In this document: positions 59,676 to 64,000 of the stretch, piece after piece | Layout of the letters: each line of letters starts with the position of its first letter | Numbering within the stretch: position 1 is the stretch's first letter | Assembly (NCBI GenBank): GCA_964361705.1 | Contig: CAYIBP010000003.1 | Location: 5,606 to 69,605, forward strand | Source: an uncultured Candidatus Saccharibacteria bacterium | GTDB lineage: Bacteria > Patescibacteriota > Minisyncoccia > Phycocordibacterales > UBA9973 | Length of the DNA: 64,000 nucleotides | Direction: 5' to 3' | Position numbers and translations under genes: made by a program | The notes under the pieces: generated by a model | Databases searched by the model: none | What the model was told of the DNA's origin: nothing | The model's input: the letters and a program-made list of their open reading frames with translations, nothing else

Positions 59676-61427
59676 TTAGCCTTCGGCAGTGAAATTAAAG
59701 ACTTCTTTGTATGGAATGATACCATTTATAGCTTTGAGCATCGCGTCTTCTTTCATAGAAAGCATACCGTCTTTTCTGGCGACTTTATATATTTCGTCGT
59801 TTACTGGATTTTTAAGAATGACAGACTGCATTTCTCTATTAATTTTGAACATTTCAAATATCGCTATACGACCACGAGTACCAGAAGGACAGTCTGGCGA
59901 TGGCACAGTATCGTACATTTCGTTTTTTATTTCTATAGTCTTTTTGAATTCCTCTGGTAAATCTTTCAAACTGCCCTCTATTTGAAGCTTGATGCTTTCA
60001 TCCATAGGTACTTTCTTTCTTGAAGATTCACAAGTAAGTTTTGAGAGTCTTTGAGCGACAGATAATATGAGTGTAGGCGCTATAAGATAAGGATCGACTC
60101 CCATATCCACAAGTCTTGGCACAGCTCCTATCGCATCATTTGTGTGCAAAGTAGAAAGCACAAGGTGTCCAGTAAGCGCAGCTTGAATGGCAAGTTGCGC
60201 AGTTTCTTTATCGCGAATCTCACCCACCATAATAACATCAGGATCTTGACGAAGAATAGATCGAAGACCTGAAGCAAAAGTGTATCCTATCTCGGGCATC
60301 ATCTGAGACTGGTTTATATCCGGCATGTGATATTCCACAGGATCTTCCAAAGAGACGATATTCGTACCTTCCTTGTCGAGTTCATTCATCATAGAGTAAA
60401 GTGTGGTGGATTTACCTGAACCCGTAGGACCTGTGATTAAAATAAGTCCATATGGCTTTTTCAAACTTTCGCGCAGAAGTTCCAGATTTCTTTCTGAAAG
60501 TCCAAGCTGATCAAGTGGCTTGACCCCTTTCTCTGAATCAAGAATACGCATCACGACTTTTTCGCCATAATACGCCGGCATAGTAGAAACGCGAAAATCA
60601 ATCTTTCTACTATTTAATGTAGTAGTGAAAGATCCGTCCTGTGGTTTTCTTTTTTCGTCCAAGCGAAGCTTTGCAAGTATTTTGATACGAGCTACGACTC
60701 CATTGTAAACACTAAGTGGTAAAACCGTAGTTGTGCCAAGCGTACCATCTATACGGACGCGAACTTTTACTTTTTCTCCCGTATTTTCTATGTGTATATC
60801 TGAAGCATTGCTTTCTATGGCGTTACGCAAAATCACCGCGACGATCTTGATCACAGGAGCGTCTTCAACTATTTTTGTATTTTCTTTTCCTTCTGCGTTT
60901 TTTAATTCAGCGTTCAAACTACTGAATTCATTGGCTGTTTTTATATCGTCTGATTTTCCTTCTTTGATTTCACTCAATGCATCTTCAACTTGCACAGAAA
61001 GACCTTTATAACTCTCCATCACCTCTTTGTAATCACTGTTTGATATCAAAAAAAGCTTAAAGGATATACCTGTCTTTGCCGCGATGAACTGTAACGCGTC
61101 GAGGGCTTCTGTGTTCTCTCCGTCTGTAATACCCACCTCCAGCACGCCGTCTTTGAAGTCTATCGGCACAAATCTATAATGCGATACGGCTTCTTCGGGT
61201 ATATATTTCAAAGCGTCAAAAAGCGTGGTCTCTTTTATGTCTACTTTTTTCGTCGGCATCTTGAGATAAGAGCCTTTCGCTTCTAAGATTTTATCTTCTG
61301 GAACGCCAAAAGACATCAACGCCAGATCTATGTCACCTGCGTATTTTTCTTTTGCTAAATCTTTTATCTCATCTATCTGGTCATGATTGATGACATCTTT
61401 TTTTGCTAATTCTTCTAAAAAACTCAT
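59676..61427 (-). CDS. pilB: pilus assembly ATPase (PilB/GspE)
   Basis: ASDIHIE, PQDG, GPTGSGKSTT, LRQDPD, GRIAIFE. Confidence 0.95.
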   Translation of the reverse strand: MSFLEELAKKDVINHDQIDEIKDLAKEKYAGDIDLALMSFGVPEDKILEAKGSYLKMPTKKVDIKETTLFDALKYIPEEAVSHYRFVPIDFKDGVLEVGITDGENTEALDALQFIAAKTGISFKLFLISNSDYKEVMESYKGLSVQVEDALSEIKEGKSDDIKTANEFSSLNAELKNAEGKENTKIVEDAPVIKIVAVILRNAIESNASDIHIENTGEKVKVRVRIDGTLGTTTVLPLSVYNGVVARIKILAKLRLDEKRKPQDGSFTTTLNSRKIDFRVSTMPAYYGEKVVMRILDSEKGVKPLDQLGLSERNLELLRESLKKPYGLILITGPTGSGKSTTLYSMMNELDKEGTNIVSLEDPVEYHMPDINQSQMMPEIGYTFASGLRSILRQDPDVIMVGEIRDKETAQLAIQAALTGHLVLSTLHTNDAIGAVPRLVDMGVDPYLIAPTLILSVAQRLSKLTCESSRKKVPMDESIKLQIEGSLKDLPEEFKKTIEIKNEMYDTVPSPDCPSGTRGRIAIFEMFKINREMQSVILKNPVNDEIYKVARKDGMLSMKEDAMLKAINGIIPYKEVFNFTAEG

Positions 61428-61433
61428 AGGTAA

Positions 61434-61829
61434 TTATGGTCTAGCCCCAGTCCTTCCGCCACTTGTCGATCCGGGAGTGGTATTCGTGGTAGAAATAGGA
61501 GCAAAAGGATTTGGTCTTCCTTCATCACCGGTAGGAACCAAAAGAATACTTGAATCATTCAAACCGGCAAAAACTTTGTCTGAAAAAATAGAATCATCTA
61601 ATTTGATGTTTTTTACGCTAAGCAATACCGAAAGGAAATCCTGCGTTACTCTATTCATCTCACTAGTTGTGGGTGAAACTGGAGGGATGTTAGGATCATA
61701 AGAAAATTCCCCTGACGTAGATGACAAATTCGCCTCTTCCCCTTTACTCCCTATAAAAAAAATATAAGCTAAGACCACCAAAGCTCCTATCACGACAAAG
61801 AGTATTATGTTTTTGACAGTTGTGTTCAT
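61434..61829 (-). CDS. single-TM pilus accessory protein (PilP position)
   Basis: N-terminal TM, GRPNPFAP motif, located after pilO. Confidence 0.6.
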   Translation of the reverse strand: MNTTVKNIILFVVIGALVVLAYIFFIGSKGEEANLSSTSGEFSYDPNIPPVSPTTSEMNRVTQDFLSVLLSVKNIKLDDSIFSDKVFAGLNDSSILLVPTGDEGRPNPFAPISTTNTTPGSTSGGRTGARP

Positions 61830-61830
61830 T

Positions 61831-62421
61831 TTAGTTTTTTAGCCAATAAGTCTTAATTTTAAAATCATAAGTGTAAACTTCGGACAAAGAGGATCCTGCA
61901 CCCAAGTTTGTATTTGAAGAAAATTGTATTGAAGATATATCTACGATACGTAGGTTACTTTCTAGGTCTTTTATAAAATTTATAAAATTACTATACGAGC
62001 CAGAGGTTGAAAACTCAAGATTCCAAGTATCATAATCTTTAACCATGATTTCTTCCTCTGCTGGCACAGATTCTTCGCCCTCTGTCAGAACAACATTCTC
62101 TCCCGCATCGTATTTGACATCTTTGAGCGCCATGCCATATGGAGAAGCTATTTTTTCTATCTCAAGTATGAGGCGTATATTGTCTACATTATCAGGCAAA
62201 AGCTTCTGCAGTTTAGATAAATTGTCTGGATTAAAAGAATTATATTTTTGAGTGAGCTTGTCGCGTTCAGCTTCAAATGCTTTCGCGTTATCAAGCGCCT
62301 TATTGTAATCTGAAACCTGACTTCTCTTCAAAGAAACATCTTGGTAAAGAGGACTTGTAAATAGGAAAAAGGCTGTGAGCGCTATTCCTATTAATATACC
62401 TGGTAAAATAAATTTAAACAT
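61831..62421 (-). CDS. pilO: PilO-like protein
   Basis: TM, coiled coil, LLPD, GSYSNFINFIKDLESNLRIVDI. Confidence 0.8.
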   Translation of the reverse strand: MFKFILPGILIGIALTAFFLFTSPLYQDVSLKRSQVSDYNKALDNAKAFEAERDKLTQKYNSFNPDNLSKLQKLLPDNVDNIRLILEIEKIASPYGMALKDVKYDAGENVVLTEGEESVPAEEEIMVKDYDTWNLEFSTSGSYSNFINFIKDLESNLRIVDISSIQFSSNTNLGAGSSLSEVYTYDFKIKTYWLKN

Positions 62422-62436
62422 AAATATCTGCTAGAA

Positions 62437-63135
62437 TCACAAGTTTAATAAATCCTCTTCGCTTAAAACATCTTCTTCTGCTTCCAAATCGTTTTCAAGA
62501 TTGATATCGGCAAAATCATCTTGGGCGCCAGTGTTAGCTTCGGTAACTTCTATTAATTTTTTGTAATTTACAAAATTTGCATCTACGCCGAATTCCAGTT
62601 CAAAAAGTACGTTACCCTTGTCATCCAGCGATAGGTTGGAAAAAATCGGGTCAATAAAATTTTTATTTTTAGCAAAAAGATCTGACTGGAGAGCAACAGA
62701 CCTGTAACCCACAGCCACACCATCAAGCTTGATCATCACCAAGCCGTTCTTGCTGTTGGTTAAATCATAAGTGAACTTGGTATAGCCAATAGTCTGCATT
62801 GTAACAGTCTGAAGCTCTTTGAAAATCGGAGAAATAGCTATGTGTTTGGCAAGAATTTCATCGGAAGCTCTAAGTCTCTTGTCTAGAACCTGTAGCTGGA
62901 CTATTTTTGATGGTTCAAAACGGTTCTTGGAAAGATTCAAATCGCTTTCCATCTGGATTATGTTCTTTGCTAAAACTCCGTTGTAAAAATACAGAGCTCC
63001 TGTCGCAAGAATAATAGTAAAGAAAATGAAGACAGAAAAAACTGTCAGGTAGCTTGCCCGACTTCCACTTACAACCCTAGCTTCAATCATCGGTTTTTTG
63101 GGAATGAAAGATGTTTGAAAATTTTGACCGTCCAT
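62437..63135 (-). CDS. PilN-like protein
   Basis: QTSFIPK, TM, coiled coil; between pilM and pilO. Confidence 0.7.
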   Translation of the reverse strand: MDGQNFQTSFIPKKPMIEARVVSGSRASYLTVFSVFIFFTIILATGALYFYNGVLAKNIIQMESDLNLSKNRFEPSKIVQLQVLDKRLRASDEILAKHIAISPIFKELQTVTMQTIGYTKFTYDLTNSKNGLVMIKLDGVAVGYRSVALQSDLFAKNKNFIDPIFSNLSLDDKGNVLFELEFGVDANFVNYKKLIEVTEANTGAQDDFADINLENDLEAEEDVLSEEDLLNL

Positions 63136-63167
63136 TTTGTTTATAACCCTGTATCTATTATCTCAAC

Positions 63168-64000
63168 TTATTGTAATTTACGCAAGGCAAGACCGATGGA
63201 AACAGCAAATTCTGGACCAATACTTTCCAATACTTTGTTTAAAAATTCAGGTGCGTTGGTTTTAGAGAACGGTTGACCGATCTCAAGCTCTGCTCGGAAG
63301 TTATTAATTGCTATTTCCTTAAAACCTTTCATAAGTGAACCTCCGCCAGTTAGAATAACCTTGGTGACGGTTCTGTCGTACTTTTTCTCATATCCCAAAA
63401 GAACACTATTTGCCTCTGAAAAGATATAATCTGTGTGAACTTTTATAATATCCGCGATGTTTTGTTTTAAGGGATTTTCAAAAAGACCATATTCTTTCTT
63501 CATTTCTTCAGCTTGAGGAAAAGGAATTCCTAAAGACTGCGCTATAGAATTAGATATCTCTGCGCCACCTCGATTTATAGTGTGATGACCTTTTACCATG
63601 CCGAATTCAACAAGCGTAAGTTTGGTACTTGAAGCGCCTAAATCCATAACGAGCACCAAAGAAAGCTCATGTTCAAAATTTGACCTTATATACGAAAAAA
63701 CTTCTATCTCAAAAAAACTCGCCTCGAGGCCACATTCGGATACTATGGATCTATATCTTGAAATAGCTTCATTTTGTATTGCAACAGCTAGAACTTCTTT
63801 TTTCTCTTGAGATGCGTCTGGTAAAACAGTCGCGTTTGCTTCTTCAAAGGACATTTCTCTTTTGGGAAGCATAAAATAATCTAGCGTGACTTCAGTGATA
63901 GGAAGAGGTATGTATTTACGCGCTTCTATTGACACTACAGAAGCTATGTCGCCTTCTTTTACTTGGGGAGGCAACGCAAGCGTAAATATCAAACTTGACT
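63168..64000 (-). CDS. pilM: PilM actin-like pilus assembly protein (5' part beyond the window)
   Basis: EARKYIP, MDLGASST, ILTGGGS, FAVSIGLALR. Confidence 0.92.
   Translation of the reverse strand, partial: SSLIFTLALPPQVKEGDIASVVSIEARKYIPLPITEVTLDYFMLPKREMSFEEANATVLPDASQEKKEVLAVAIQNEAISRYRSIVSECGLEASFFEIEVFSYIRSNFEHELSLVLVMDLGASSTKLTLVEFGMVKGHHTINRGGAEISNSIAQSLGIPFPQAEEMKKEYGLFENPLKQNIADIIKVHTDYIFSEANSVLLGYEKKYDRTVTKVILTGGGSLMKGFKEIAINNFRAELEIGQPFSKTNAPEFLNKVLESIGPEFAVSIGLALRKLQ

Overview
AT-rich bacterial chromosomal segment, standard genetic code (TGA used as stop). Gene content and style (shortened RpoB, PheS, PheT, ThrS and SMC, NusB-NUDIX fusion, type IV pilus cluster, few Shine-Dalgarno sites) suggest a Patescibacteria/CPR (Parcubacteria-like) genome; this is inference. 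It carries core genes (rpoD start, dnaG, rpoC, rpoB, trmD, khpA, rpsP, rnr, smc, rnc, nusB, rpmF, thrS, gyrB, pheT, pheS, trhO, helicase-nuclease, truB, ligA), a glycosylation locus (11.2-21.0 kb), tRNA-Ser followed by an aminotransferase and an archaeal-type PEP carboxylase, and a type IV pilus cluster (48.3-64 kb) interrupted by two secreted-protein genes. The most unusual part is the 870-bp pheT-gyrB intergenic region, read on the minus strand. There a DnaA box and a sigma70 promoter precede a leaderless 31-codon Val/Leu/Ile/Thr-rich ORF with a classic 1:2 / 2:3 / 3:4 attenuator fold. What follows is not a protein gene but four packed hairpins and a non-canonical tRNA-like cloverleaf with a GAG anticodon, then a terminator. 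Other highlights are a very compact T-box riboswitch before thrS, many apparently leaderless genes, DnaA boxes just upstream of -35 elements, and RpoB substitutions in the rifampicin pocket. All folds were done by eye; no database searches were run.
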